A DNA stretch of 64,000 bases from an uncultured Clostridia bacterium (GTDB lineage: Bacteria; Bacillota; Clostridia; Christensenellales; UBA1242): positions 85,279-149,278 of the forward strand of contig CALVYP010000001.1 in the NCBI GenBank assembly GCA_944372365.1, given 5' to 3'. The first letter of the stretch is position 1. Every line of letters begins with the position of its first letter. Below the pieces are notes generated by a model that was not told the origin of the DNA, searched no databases, and was given only the letters and a program-made list of their open reading frames with translations. Below, piece after piece: positions 17,255-27,148 of the stretch. The position numbers and the translations under genes were made by a program.

Positions 17255-18973
17255 ATGAAAAAACTTTTTAGATTTTTTAAAAACTATAAGAAGGATATGT
17301 TTGCTTCGCCTATTTTTAAAGTTTTTGAAACCATCTCTGAAATTGCAATCCCCCTTCTTGTTGCACAAATGATTGACACAGGCGTGGCAAATCACGACGC
17401 CAAGTTTGTCATCACCTATGGTTGCATTGTAATCGCACTGTATATTGTTGGAATAACCGCATCAATCTTGTCACAAAAATTTGCAGCCAAGGCAGCAACC
17501 GGCATCGCCTACGATATAAGAAAAAGTATGTACGAGCATATCAACACCTTTTCGCACAAAGAACTTGATAAGTTTGGAACAGCTTCGCTTAACAACCGCA
17601 TGACGCACGACATTGCAAGGGTGCAAAATGCAATAGGCAGTTTTTTGAGAATAATCTTGCGATCACCACTTATTTTGATTGGCTCAATCATCTGCGCGAT
17701 GGTTATCGACATCAAACTTTCACTCATCTTTATTGCAATAACGCCGATTATCGTTGCAATAGTTTTGTTTACGCTTAAAATCACCGATCCGCTTTACAAC
17801 AAAGCCCAAAAAAGTTTGGATAAAGTTTCAGACATCGCACGCGAAAATCTGCAAGGCGTAAGAGTTGTTCGCGCGTTCAACAAGCAAGCTGATGAAGAGC
17901 GCCGCTTTGTTGTCGCTTCAAAAAACTTAAGAAAAACCGGCATACAAGTTACAAACATCTCTTCAATCTTAGCCCCACTCACCACCGCAATAATCAACTT
18001 TGCAATTATTGCAATCATGTGGTTTGGCGGGTTGCAAGTAAACATTGGCTCGCTTTCGCAAGGCGAAATTGTGGCATTCGTCAACTACATGACACAAATT
18101 TCAAGCGCGCTGATCACGGTTTCAAATATGATTGTGTCGCTGATTAAAGCACAAACCTGTGCCAAAAGAATAAATGAGGTTTTCGACACCAAGCCAAGCG
18201 TTGTTGAAACCAACACCCAGCCTATTGAAATTAAAAAAGATCCGCTCACCCCTAAAATTGAATTTCAAAATGTAAGTTTTGCTTATAACGATGGCGCAAA
18301 ATATGCAATTAAAAATCTCAATTTAAAAATAATGCCCGGCCAAACCATCGGCATCATCGGTGGAACAGGAAGCGGGAAAAGCAGCATAATCAACCTTATC
18401 CCTCGCTTTTACGACGCCTCGCAAGGCTCAGTTTTTGTTGATGGTGTGAATGTAAACAACTATTCTTTCCATCAACTTCGCTCTAAAATCGGGCTTGTTC
18501 CACAAAAAGCAGTGCTGTTTAAAGGCTCACTTAAAGACAATCTGCGCTGGCGCAAGCAAGACGCGACCATGGAAGAAATCGTCAAAGCAGTTAAAATTTC
18601 GCAAAGTGAAGAATTTGTCAACGAACTCGACGGAAAATATGAATATAAAGTGCAATCCGGTGGTAAAAACTTTTCTGGCGGGCAGCGCCAACGTTTGACC
18701 ATCGCTCGCGCACTTGTTGGCGACCCTGAAATTGTGATTATGGACGACAGCGCAAGCGCACTAGATTTTGCAACAGATGCCGCTTTGCGCAAAGCAATTA
18801 AAAACAACATAAAATCAACAGTGATTTTGGTTTCGCAGCGTGCAGGCACAGTTAAAAATGCCGACCAAATTGTTGTGTTGGATGGCGGCAATGTTGTGGG
18901 CATAGGCAAACATGCCGACCTTTTAAAATCCTGCCCTGTGTATAAAGAAATTTATGAATCTCAAACTAAATAA
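17255..18973 (+). CDS. ABC exporter, fused permease/ATPase (heterodimer subunit A)
   Basis: TMD followed by an NBD with Walker A GGTGSGKSS, signature FSGGQRQR and Walker B IVIMDDSASALD. Confidence 0.9.
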   Translation: MKKLFRFFKNYKKDMFASPIFKVFETISEIAIPLLVAQMIDTGVANHDAKFVITYGCIVIALYIVGITASILSQKFAAKAATGIAYDIRKSMYEHINTFSHKELDKFGTASLNNRMTHDIARVQNAIGSFLRIILRSPLILIGSIICAMVIDIKLSLIFIAITPIIVAIVLFTLKITDPLYNKAQKSLDKVSDIARENLQGVRVVRAFNKQADEERRFVVASKNLRKTGIQVTNISSILAPLTTAIINFAIIAIMWFGGLQVNIGSLSQGEIVAFVNYMTQISSALITVSNMIVSLIKAQTCAKRINEVFDTKPSVVETNTQPIEIKKDPLTPKIEFQNVSFAYNDGAKYAIKNLNLKIMPGQTIGIIGGTGSGKSSIINLIPRFYDASQGSVFVDGVNVNNYSFHQLRSKIGLVPQKAVLFKGSLKDNLRWRKQDATMEEIVKAVKISQSEEFVNELDGKYEYKVQSGGKNFSGGQRQRLTIARALVGDPEIVIMDDSASALDFATDAALRKAIKNNIKSTVILVSQRAGTVKNADQIVVLDGGNVVGIGKHADLLKSCPVYKEIYESQTK

Positions 18974-18980
18974 GGAAAAA

Positions 18981-20996
18981 ATGCAAAAAAGAATTCTGCC
19001 AACAACTAAAAAGGATGAAAAACAGTTTAGGAAATTGCAAAAAGCAATCGCGTCACTTCCTAAGCCATCTTTCAACAATCCTGAAAAAATTCAACCAACA
19101 AAAAATGTAATCACGCCAACCGCCCTGCCCGCATCGTTGTGGCAAGAGAGCAATAAAGGCTATATTGAAAGCGAAGAAAAACAACTGCGCGTCACCGACA
19201 GCGAAATTATTTTAGACAGCGGTGGCAAAAAGATTGAACGCGTTGCAAACATTAAAAAGCCTAAAAAACGCACCACCTTTTTGCGAGTTTTAAAATACGC
19301 CAAAAAGCATTGGTATCTGTTTGCTCTTTCACTGTTTTTTGGCTTTGCAAACACCCTGTTTGAAATTTCAATCCCACTTTTAATCGGCCGCGGCATAGAC
19401 TACATCGTCGGCGCGGGCAATGTTGATTTTGATATGCTTTTAAAATACATACTTTTGCTTATTGGCTGTATAGTTGCATTTGCCGTGCTAAAATGGCTGA
19501 CAAACAAAACCGCAAACGATCTTTCATATAAAATGGAAGAACAGATGCACAACGACATGTTCAAAAAGTTTAACAAAGTGCCGCTTAAAATCATTGACGG
19601 CTCAAGCCACGGCGATTTGCAAAGCAGAATGGTCAACGACATTGAAAACATCACCGACGGATTTGTGACAGGCCTTACAACATTTTTTGACTGCTTTTCA
19701 ACCATCGTTATGACTGTTGTGTTTATATTTATGATCAATGTGCCGATTGCCGCCGTGATTGTTTGCGCAACGCCAATCTCACTGCTTGTTTCACTTTACA
19801 TTGCCAGAAAAACCAACAAACTTTTCAAAAGGCAAGCCAAAGAGCTTGGCGATATGTCGGGAACGTTTGTAGAACTTATTGGCAATCAAAAGATTGTTAA
19901 AGTTTTTGAATATGAAGGCCGTTCGATACAACGCTTTGATGACATCAATAAAAAACTGCAAGATAGTTCTAGAAAATCTATGTTCTTCTCAACGCTCACC
20001 GCGCCGACATCAAGATTTTTAAACGGGCTGCTCTATGCCGCTGTTGCGCTTATGGGTTGCTTCTATGCAATGGATGGCATTTTAACAATCGGCACTGTGT
20101 CAACTCTTCTCTCCTACGCCAACAGATATACAAGGCCGTTCAACGCCATCACCGAAGTGTTCTCTGACATTCAAGCCGCGTTTGCATCGTCTGCAAGAAT
20201 GTTTGCGGTTTTGGATATACCAGACGAAATCAGCGATGCAAATCTGCCATCGCTCAAACGCTGCACCGGCACTGTGGCATTTAAAAACGTGGCATTTTCA
20301 TATGTGCCAGACAAAAAGCTTATAACCAACTTAAACCTAACCGTTTCAAAAGGACAAAAAATTGCCATAGTCGGGCCAACCGGTTGCGGGAAAAGCACGC
20401 TCATCAACCTTTTAATGCGCTTTTATGACGTAAGCGACGGCAGCATTGAAGTAAGCGGCAAAGATGTTCGCACCGTAAAGCGGCGAAGTTTGAGAAAACA
20501 ATTTGGAATGGTGCTGCAAGAAACTTGGCTGTTTAACGCATCCATACGCGACAACATTGCCTATGGCAAACCTAACGCCACCGACGCCGAAGTGCGCAGA
20601 GCCGCAAAAAATGCGGGAGCAGATTTCTTTATTCAAACCATGCCCGAAGGCTACAACACTCTAATAAGCCAAAATGGTGACAATCTCTCGCAAGGGCAAA
20701 AACAACTTTTGTGCATTGCAAGGCTTATGCTAATGCGTCCGCCTATGCTGATTTTAGATGAAGCAACCAGCAATATCGACACGCGCACAGAGATTGCAAT
20801 TCAAACTGCATTTAACAAAATGATGGCTGGAAAAACAAGCTTTGTTGTTGCTCACAGGCTTTCAACCATAACCTCATCTGATGTGATTTTGGTTATGAAT
20901 AAAGGCAACATCATAGAGCAAGGCAGCCATAAAGAGCTGATTGCTAAAAAAGGCTTTTACTACAACCTTTATAACTCACAATTCAGCAACTATTAA
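18981..20996 (+). CDS. ABC exporter, fused permease/ATPase (heterodimer subunit B) with a ~100-aa N-terminal extension
   Basis: Walker A GPTGCGKST, signature LSQGQKQL, Walker B LILDEATSNID. The start is either ATG 18981 (AAGGA SD) or ATG 18954, which overlaps the upstream stop. Confidence 0.85.
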   Translation: MQKRILPTTKKDEKQFRKLQKAIASLPKPSFNNPEKIQPTKNVITPTALPASLWQESNKGYIESEEKQLRVTDSEIILDSGGKKIERVANIKKPKKRTTFLRVLKYAKKHWYLFALSLFFGFANTLFEISIPLLIGRGIDYIVGAGNVDFDMLLKYILLLIGCIVAFAVLKWLTNKTANDLSYKMEEQMHNDMFKKFNKVPLKIIDGSSHGDLQSRMVNDIENITDGFVTGLTTFFDCFSTIVMTVVFIFMINVPIAAVIVCATPISLLVSLYIARKTNKLFKRQAKELGDMSGTFVELIGNQKIVKVFEYEGRSIQRFDDINKKLQDSSRKSMFFSTLTAPTSRFLNGLLYAAVALMGCFYAMDGILTIGTVSTLLSYANRYTRPFNAITEVFSDIQAAFASSARMFAVLDIPDEISDANLPSLKRCTGTVAFKNVAFSYVPDKKLITNLNLTVSKGQKIAIVGPTGCGKSTLINLLMRFYDVSDGSIEVSGKDVRTVKRRSLRKQFGMVLQETWLFNASIRDNIAYGKPNATDAEVRRAAKNAGADFFIQTMPEGYNTLISQNGDNLSQGQKQLLCIARLMLMRPPMLILDEATSNIDTRTEIAIQTAFNKMMAGKTSFVVAHRLSTITSSDVILVMNKGNIIEQGSHKELIAKKGFYYNLYNSQFSNY

Positions 20997-21001
20997 CCAA
21001 A

Positions 21002-21820
21002 ATGCTTCACTGTGAATACATAACACAGATGAAGCATTTTTTTAGCGCCTACAACTTTGCCTGTAAAAGCATGTGGAAAGACTCAACCGACAATCAAACA
21101 ATCATCAACAAGGCAAAACAGGCATACGATTTTTACAAAAAAAATTGCACGCGCGGCAAACGACTTTTTAGGCTGACCGGTCAGAGCGGCTCGGGCAAAA
21201 CCTCTCAACTTTTAAGCGCAACACTCAACTTTTGCAACAATCATAAAATCAAACCCATTCATATAGCAGTAAGAAATTATGCACAATTTCATCCTGATTA
21301 TGAAAATCTTAAAAACAGCAAAAACATGCGCGAGCAGACAAACGGTTTCGCTCTTAAAGTGCTGTTGTGGGTGCTTAAATTTGCTTTTGAAGATGGGCTT
21401 GACATCATATTAGAAATTGCATTATTAAATAAAAAATTCGAAAATTACATATTTTTTGAGATTTTTTCTAGAAATTATCATCATTTTTTTCAAATTATGG
21501 CAGTCAATAAAAAAATCAGTGATATTTTTATTTTTAAACGCCAAAAAAAATTACACCGAAACACTTCTTTAAAATCGGCAAAATATTTTGATTCATCACT
21601 GCAAAAAACCTTTAATTATCTCACAAAAAAATATAATTTTAATTGCGTTGTTTGGTCGGTTTCAAGCACTGAACCATGCTTTGTTGGAAGAGGCAAAAAC
21701 GCCTATAAAATATTTAAGAAAAATAGAAAAATAATTCCAAAAAAATTTATCAGCGAAAGCAAGCTTGTTTGTGCTAAGCAAAATTTTTTGGAAGAATTAT
21801 ATCGGGATGGTTTAATTTAA
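21002..21820 (+). CDS. P-loop kinase, zeta-toxin-like
   Basis: Walker A LTGQSGSGKTSQLLS resembles the GGQPGSGKT of zeta/PezT kinases. It starts 6 nt after the ABC gene stop. Family assignment is tentative. Confidence 0.4.
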   Translation: MLHCEYITQMKHFFSAYNFACKSMWKDSTDNQTIINKAKQAYDFYKKNCTRGKRLFRLTGQSGSGKTSQLLSATLNFCNNHKIKPIHIAVRNYAQFHPDYENLKNSKNMREQTNGFALKVLLWVLKFAFEDGLDIILEIALLNKKFENYIFFEIFSRNYHHFFQIMAVNKKISDIFIFKRQKKLHRNTSLKSAKYFDSSLQKTFNYLTKKYNFNCVVWSVSSTEPCFVGRGKNAYKIFKKNRKIIPKKFISESKLVCAKQNFLEELYRDGLI

Positions 21821-22592
21821 TATATTCAACATATTTTTTTTCAACATATTGCCACACCGACTGCAAAGCGCAAATTTGTTTGACATCAACACGCAAGTTA
21901 AATTTGTTTTCAAATGCCTTGATCAAATGTTTTTCAAAACTTTTTTCGCACCTTGCAAGCAACCTTGAAACATCATTAAAAACCGAAGAGTAACTTACAA
22001 ATGCAAAATCAACCACTGCCACAAGCTTGCCGTTTTTAACAATCAGGTTGCCGGGGTTTAAATCGCCATGCGTTAAAATCAAGCCTTGTTTTTCTGCCAA
22101 AACAAGCGGTTTGTGTTTTTTTATATCATAACCTTGCTTATCGCTGACTTTTGAAAGCTGATTTAAAAAAGTTGAGGTTTTGGGCAATTTAAAAGCCGGC
22201 TTGATTTTCGAAAGTGCAAGCAAAAATTCGGCTATATCTTTTGCAATCCTTTTCTTTTGCCAAAAAAACAATTTGGCCTTTGAAAGCGACTTGCCTTTTA
22301 TATATTCATGAACAGAATAAGGTTTGCTTTTATAATAACAAAGTTTTAACTTGGGCAGCATAACGCCCAACTCTTTGCCGCCAAGTTGCTGCAAAAACAT
22401 GCATTCCTTTACAAGCGCGTTTGCAAAAAACGCATTGCGCGGAAACCTAAAAACAAACTTGCCGGTTTTTGTTGAGACGATAAAAACAAAATTCGTCCAG
22501 CCGCTGCTTTCCTGCTTTATGCTTTTAACATTTTTTAGCTGCAAGTTTATTATGTCAAAAAAGTTGTCAGTCGCTTTAAAAAATTTTCTCAT
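21774..22592 (-). CDS. aminoglycoside/macrolide phosphotransferase-family kinase (APH-like)
   Basis: Catalytic loop THGDLNPGNLIV and metal-binding VVDFAF motifs. Confidence 0.75.
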   Translation of the reverse strand: MRKFFKATDNFFDIINLQLKNVKSIKQESSGWTNFVFIVSTKTGKFVFRFPRNAFFANALVKECMFLQQLGGKELGVMLPKLKLCYYKSKPYSVHEYIKGKSLSKAKLFFWQKKRIAKDIAEFLLALSKIKPAFKLPKTSTFLNQLSKVSDKQGYDIKKHKPLVLAEKQGLILTHGDLNPGNLIVKNGKLVAVVDFAFVSYSSVFNDVSRLLARCEKSFEKHLIKAFENKFNLRVDVKQICALQSVWQYVEKKYVEYIKLNHPDIILPKNFA

Positions 22593-22646
22593 GGCTTTTT
22601 ATATGCAATTCAACTGACTTTTGACTATATTTTATGTCTTTGGATG

Positions 22647-24413
22647 TTATTCAACCGTCACGCTTTTTGCAAGGTTGCGCGGCATATCTGGATTAAGCCC
22701 TTTCAATATGCTTACGTTATAACTTAAAAGCTGCATTGGAATTATCGCCAAAATGCTTTTAAGCGGCTGACAACATTTTGGCAAAGATAGGCAAAACGCA
22801 AAATTTTCAAGTTGATTTTCTTGCGGCGGATTGTATGAAATCAAGTAAAGCTTTGCACCTCTGCTTTTGGCTTCAAGAGCGCTGTTCATAACCTTATCAT
22901 CAACGCTTTTGTTGGTTGAAATCACTATAACTGGTGTGTTGCGCTCGATTAAAGAAAGAGTGCCGTGTTTTAACTCGCCTGCTGGCATCGCCCAACAGTT
23001 GATATAAGAAATCTCTTTCAGCTTTAACGCTGCTTCAAGTGCGGTTATATAGTCGCAGCCCTTTCCTATAAAATATATCTTGTTTTTTTGATAAATATCC
23101 TGTGCAAAATCAGACATGTTGATAAAAAACTTTTCAAGCGTTTTGGAAAGCTGCGCAACATTTCTAACCGACTGATAAAAGCTGCGCTCGCCTTTAAGCG
23201 CCATAACCAACAAGTATAGCCCCGCCACTTGGCAACTATATGCCTTGGTTGACGCCACCGCAATTTCACTGCCGGCGCTGATTGGAAAAACAAACTGTCC
23301 CAGCGATGCCAATGTGCTGTGCAAAACATTGGTTAAAACCACAATTTTTGCATGCTTTTTAATCGCTTTTTCCGCTGCGGCTATCGTGTCGGCGGTTTCG
23401 CCACTTTGGCTTACAAATATGCAAAGCGTTTTTGAATTTATAATTTCGCTTGAATATCTAAATTCACTGGCATAGGCTGCTTCGGCGTCTGTTTTTAAAT
23501 ATTTTTTAAAATATTCCGCACCTATCAAACAGGAATGATACGCGCTGCCACAACCAATCAGTTTAACTTTGTTGAACTTAACTTTTTTTAGTTTATCGAA
23601 ATTGGTGTTTAAAAAATTTTTTGCAAGTCTTGCGAGCGCTTCCGGCGTTTGATAGATTTCTTTAAGCATATAGTGCTGATAGCCGTCTTTGTCACAATCC
23701 GATGAAATTTTTTTATATTTTTGCTTGCTTGGATAAATTATGTTGCCATCATTATCATAAAAAACAATCTTGCCATCGCTAACTTTACACATTTGCCCGT
23801 CTTCGAGTTTGTAGTAATCGCCTTGCGGGAAGCAAATTGGATCGCTTGCAACCATTGCAATTTCTCCGTTGCAATAGGCATAAAGCGGACTTTTATATTT
23901 TGCTGCATATAAACAGTTTTTATCTTGTTTTTTCACCGCGCAAAAGGCATAACTTCCTTTAAGTTGCCTTTTCGCCCAAAGCATATTTTTTATAGGATCT
24001 TCAAAGTTGTTTAAAGAAAGCAAAAGCGCAATCGCTTCAGAGTCTGTTTGGGTTTTTGCTATCTCGCCTTCCTTTTGCAGCTGACTGATCAGGCTGGAAT
24101 AATTTTCAATAATGCCGTTGTGAACAATAACCCACTGCTGATTTTTGCCAGCAATTGGATGTGCGTTTTCTTCGTTGACTTCGCCATGTGTCGCCCAACG
24201 CGTGTGCCCCATCGCAACCTGTGCACCTTTAAGCGGCTTGGTTTTTTCAATAAGCTTATCAATCAAACCTTTTGTTTTGTCAATTTGAATGCTCTCTCCC
24301 GCCTTTTGGCAAATGCCCACCGAATCATAGCCCCTATATTGCACGCGCCGCAAGCCTTTAAATATGTAGTCGCAACAATTTTCTTTGCACACAACGCCAA
24401 CAATTCCACACAT
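22647..24413 (-). CDS. glmS: glutamine--fructose-6-phosphate aminotransferase
   Basis: N-terminal MCGIVG (Ntn Cys), SIS domains and C-terminal AKSVTVE. 588 aa. Confidence 0.95.
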   Translation of the reverse strand: MCGIVGVVCKENCCDYIFKGLRRVQYRGYDSVGICQKAGESIQIDKTKGLIDKLIEKTKPLKGAQVAMGHTRWATHGEVNEENAHPIAGKNQQWVIVHNGIIENYSSLISQLQKEGEIAKTQTDSEAIALLLSLNNFEDPIKNMLWAKRQLKGSYAFCAVKKQDKNCLYAAKYKSPLYAYCNGEIAMVASDPICFPQGDYYKLEDGQMCKVSDGKIVFYDNDGNIIYPSKQKYKKISSDCDKDGYQHYMLKEIYQTPEALARLAKNFLNTNFDKLKKVKFNKVKLIGCGSAYHSCLIGAEYFKKYLKTDAEAAYASEFRYSSEIINSKTLCIFVSQSGETADTIAAAEKAIKKHAKIVVLTNVLHSTLASLGQFVFPISAGSEIAVASTKAYSCQVAGLYLLVMALKGERSFYQSVRNVAQLSKTLEKFFINMSDFAQDIYQKNKIYFIGKGCDYITALEAALKLKEISYINCWAMPAGELKHGTLSLIERNTPVIVISTNKSVDDKVMNSALEAKSRGAKLYLISYNPPQENQLENFAFCLSLPKCCQPLKSILAIIPMQLLSYNVSILKGLNPDMPRNLAKSVTVE

Positions 24414-24502
24414 ATTTTGCCTCCATAGAGCATATTATGTAGTTTGGCGAAATATCGTGAATTTTGTTTTGTAAAAAATGCATAATTTGGTATAATATTT
24501 TT

Positions 24503-25111
24503 ATGAAAAAGTTAAAAATTAAGCCAATTAACAACATTATAAAAGTTAAAGAAGCCTTTGATTTTTTTAAAGATTCGTTTTTGCATATGACTCAAACCGA
24601 AGCCAGCGTGTTTTTGCCTATGCACGAAATTTATCAAACGATGGTTGATAATTTGGAAAGCAAAACCAAAATTCAGTTTTATGCAGAACTTGATGAAAAA
24701 ATCATTGGCTGCGTTATCGGCAACATAAAAAGAGAAGAAATGTTTTTGCCAGTTATCGCAGTAGATTATCGCCTTCGAGACTCTGGAATTGCATCTCAAC
24801 TATTGTATGCGGTTTCGCTTTATGCAAAAAAATATAAAGTTAAAAAACTGACTGTTCGTTCTTCGGTTTCATCATCTGGGTTTTTTAAGCGAAACGGGTT
24901 TAACTGCTATCTTTACATCACCGCCTATCCACCACAAACAACCAAAGATATCAAGGATGCAAACAAAGATGATTTGCCTATTATGGCAGAAGACGAAAAT
25001 CAACAGATGGTTAAGTTTTTAACGCCAAAAATTGATAACAAATACATCTTGCCGTTCAAGCGCAAGCTAAAAAATTTGGATTTCGACTTTATGATGGAAA
25101 AACGCATTTAA
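24503..25111 (+). CDS. GNAT-family N-acetyltransferase
   Basis: IGCVIG..VIAVDYRLRDSGIASQLL..FFKRNGF matches GNAT motifs A and B. ATG 24503 lies 6 nt after TGgTATAAT. The ORF-track TTG at 24464 is less likely. Confidence 0.7.
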   Translation: MKKLKIKPINNIIKVKEAFDFFKDSFLHMTQTEASVFLPMHEIYQTMVDNLESKTKIQFYAELDEKIIGCVIGNIKREEMFLPVIAVDYRLRDSGIASQLLYAVSLYAKKYKVKKLTVRSSVSSSGFFKRNGFNCYLYITAYPPQTTKDIKDANKDDLPIMAEDENQQMVKFLTPKIDNKYILPFKRKLKNLDFDFMMEKRI

Positions 25112-25113
25112 AG

Positions 25114-25136
25114 CTCTGCCGAAGCAGAGTTTTTTT
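25114..25136 (+). terminator. rho-independent terminator
   Basis: CTCTGC-cgaa-GCAGAG followed by T7. Confidence 0.75.
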
Positions 25137-25185
25137 ATGAATAAAGTTTGTTTTTTTATGCATGTTAAGTATAGGAGAACAAACT

Positions 25186-25908
25186 ATGCAAATTTCAAAA
25201 AAAATTCAAAAATATGACACCCTATCGCTTAAAAGCAAAAGTGAAGGAAAATGGTTTGAGCTGGTGCTTGCAAATGTTTTAGGCGCAACAATTGTGGCGC
25301 TAGGCATGTTTATGCCTGTTTTAAGTTTGGCGCTGGCGTTTATAGCGTTCAGCTATATGCAAGTGGGCGTTTATGGATTTGTGCTTAAAACCTATCAAGA
25401 ACAAAACCCAGAATTTGAAAGCGTGTTTATTTCATTTAAAATAATCATAAAAACCCTGTGCCTCAAAATTATTGTTATGGCTGGAATTGTTATTTGGGGG
25501 CTGCTGCTTATTGTTCCCGGCGTGATTTTTGGTTTGAATTATAGTTTTGCAGCGCTTATTCTTGCCGAAAATCCAAGCCTTTCATGCAAACAAATTTTGT
25601 TGCAATCCAAGCAACTTACAACCGGCAAAAAGTTTGAAATTTTTGTTATGGCTTTGGCGATGCTTGCACTTGTTTGCCTTGGGGCAAGCGCAGGTGTTGG
25701 CGTTTATCTTATCATCAACATATTTGCAAAAGTGCCAGCCGTGGTTGCCGCAATTTTAATTTTGATTCCAACAATTTTGATGCTTTTTATTGTTGCCTTG
25801 CCACTGTTTGAGTTGTATCTTGCCGCTCTATATGAAAACGCAAAACTCGCCACTCAACAAAAACCTGCAAAGCAAAACAAATACACTAAAAAAGTTTCAA
25901 AAAGTTAA
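25186..25908 (+). CDS. polytopic membrane protein, DUF975-like
   Basis: AGGAGAA SD before the ATG at 25186. The TM layout and N-terminal region resemble DUF975. Tentative. Confidence 0.5.
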   Translation: MQISKKIQKYDTLSLKSKSEGKWFELVLANVLGATIVALGMFMPVLSLALAFIAFSYMQVGVYGFVLKTYQEQNPEFESVFISFKIIIKTLCLKIIVMAGIVIWGLLLIVPGVIFGLNYSFAALILAENPSLSCKQILLQSKQLTTGKKFEIFVMALAMLALVCLGASAGVGVYLIINIFAKVPAVVAAILILIPTILMLFIVALPLFELYLAALYENAKLATQQKPAKQNKYTKKVSKS

Positions 25909-25944
25909 AATTTATGTTATAATCTCTTTATAAGGAGATGTAAA

Positions 25945-26505
25945 TTGGATAAGAAAGATTTTATCACAAAAAAAGACGGCTTTGAAGGTTTTACAAGGCT
26001 TAGGCGCGTGCTTAATGATTGCTTGCAGAATCCAAAAGATTATAGAAAAAGCTTCATGGATATGTTCACCGATGTTGGAACGCTTGCCATGGATGGCAAC
26101 TGCATCGCACAAGATGTGATGAGCTACTATTATAAAGACGGCGTTAAAAAATTCATCCCTGAAAACTATGATCTTTACATGCAATGGGCAATTTTGGCTG
26201 CCGCAAACGGCAATGAATTTACCATTGAAAAACTGCAATTCTTTTTAAACTATGCCTTTGAAGAAATTGTAAGCAGCGACAAGTTGCCGCAGATTTTATC
26301 TAAAAACGGCATTGATGAAACAAATTATATGTATATTTTGGGCAACCTGCTTTGCGAAGGCGTGGTTGATGAATTGCAAATCACACCAAAAAAACTTGTT
26401 GAAATGCAGGGGCAAACCAGCAAATATTCGCCTGAAAAGCTTAGAGACTATAAACGCGCGCTGGATAGAGCGTTGCCAAAAGTTTTAGAATATCTGCTTG
26501 CATAA
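25945..26505 (+). CDS. hypothetical protein with a Sel1/TPR-like segment
   Basis: TTG start with an AAGGAGA SD. AQDVMSYYYKDGV..YDLYMQWAILAAANGN is Sel1-repeat-like. Confidence 0.45.
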   Translation: MDKKDFITKKDGFEGFTRLRRVLNDCLQNPKDYRKSFMDMFTDVGTLAMDGNCIAQDVMSYYYKDGVKKFIPENYDLYMQWAILAAANGNEFTIEKLQFFLNYAFEEIVSSDKLPQILSKNGIDETNYMYILGNLLCEGVVDELQITPKKLVEMQGQTSKYSPEKLRDYKRALDRALPKVLEYLLA

Positions 26506-26530
26506 AAGTTTCCGATTGGAAACTTTTTTT
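26504..26530. terminator. bidirectional terminator
   Basis: AGTTTCC-gatt-GGAAACT flanked by A and T runs. Confidence 0.7.
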
Positions 26531-26999
26531 AATTTAACGAAACACTCATAATGTCGCCAACCTCATATAAATCGGCTGCAAGGCGCAATCTCTGAAAGCA
26601 AAGCCCGATAAGTTTTTCATATTCCTCACCTTTTTGTGCAAGCAAAAATAGTTTTATAAGCAGCCTATTTTCAAGCCCGATTGCATTTATAAAACATTTG
26701 GTTTTGTTCCAATTGATTTTAAAACTACGATTTTGTTTATACGAAAATAGCTCACGCAAGATTTCAAGCTGCTCTTCATTCAATGCGTAAAATTTATCGC
26801 TGCCCATAAAATTGCCAAGCATGCGATAGGATGATCGCAACTTGAACATCAAGTCAAAAACTTCATCAATTAAAATGTTTTTGCTTTCATTATCCAAACT
26901 TATAAACACAAAGCCTTTTTGTTTTAACGAGTTTGAATATGCTTTGGCAAGCGCTTGATATTCATCGGGCGTGGGACAAACAAAATCATCATATTCCAT
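26529..26999 (-). CDS. hypothetical protein (156 aa) downstream of the coupling protein
   Basis: ATG at 26999 preceded by GAGGTG. The longer ORF to 27095 runs through the GC-rich hairpin region. Confidence 0.5.
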   Translation of the reverse strand: MEYDDFVCPTPDEYQALAKAYSNSLKQKGFVFISLDNESKNILIDEVFDLMFKLRSSYRMLGNFMGSDKFYALNEEQLEILRELFSYKQNRSFKINWNKTKCFINAIGLENRLLIKLFLLAQKGEEYEKLIGLCFQRLRLAADLYEVGDIMSVSLN

Positions 27000-27148
27000 A
27001 TTGCACCTCGGCATTTGATATGATTTTGCATAGAAAAGTGTGACACGCGCTCGCGCGCGGCAGTGCTTTGCGCGCTGCCGCTTTTTGCGCCGCAAAGCCG
27101 CGGCACAAAAAAAACCTTGCCTTACGGCAAGGTTTTGCGCGAACGCGG

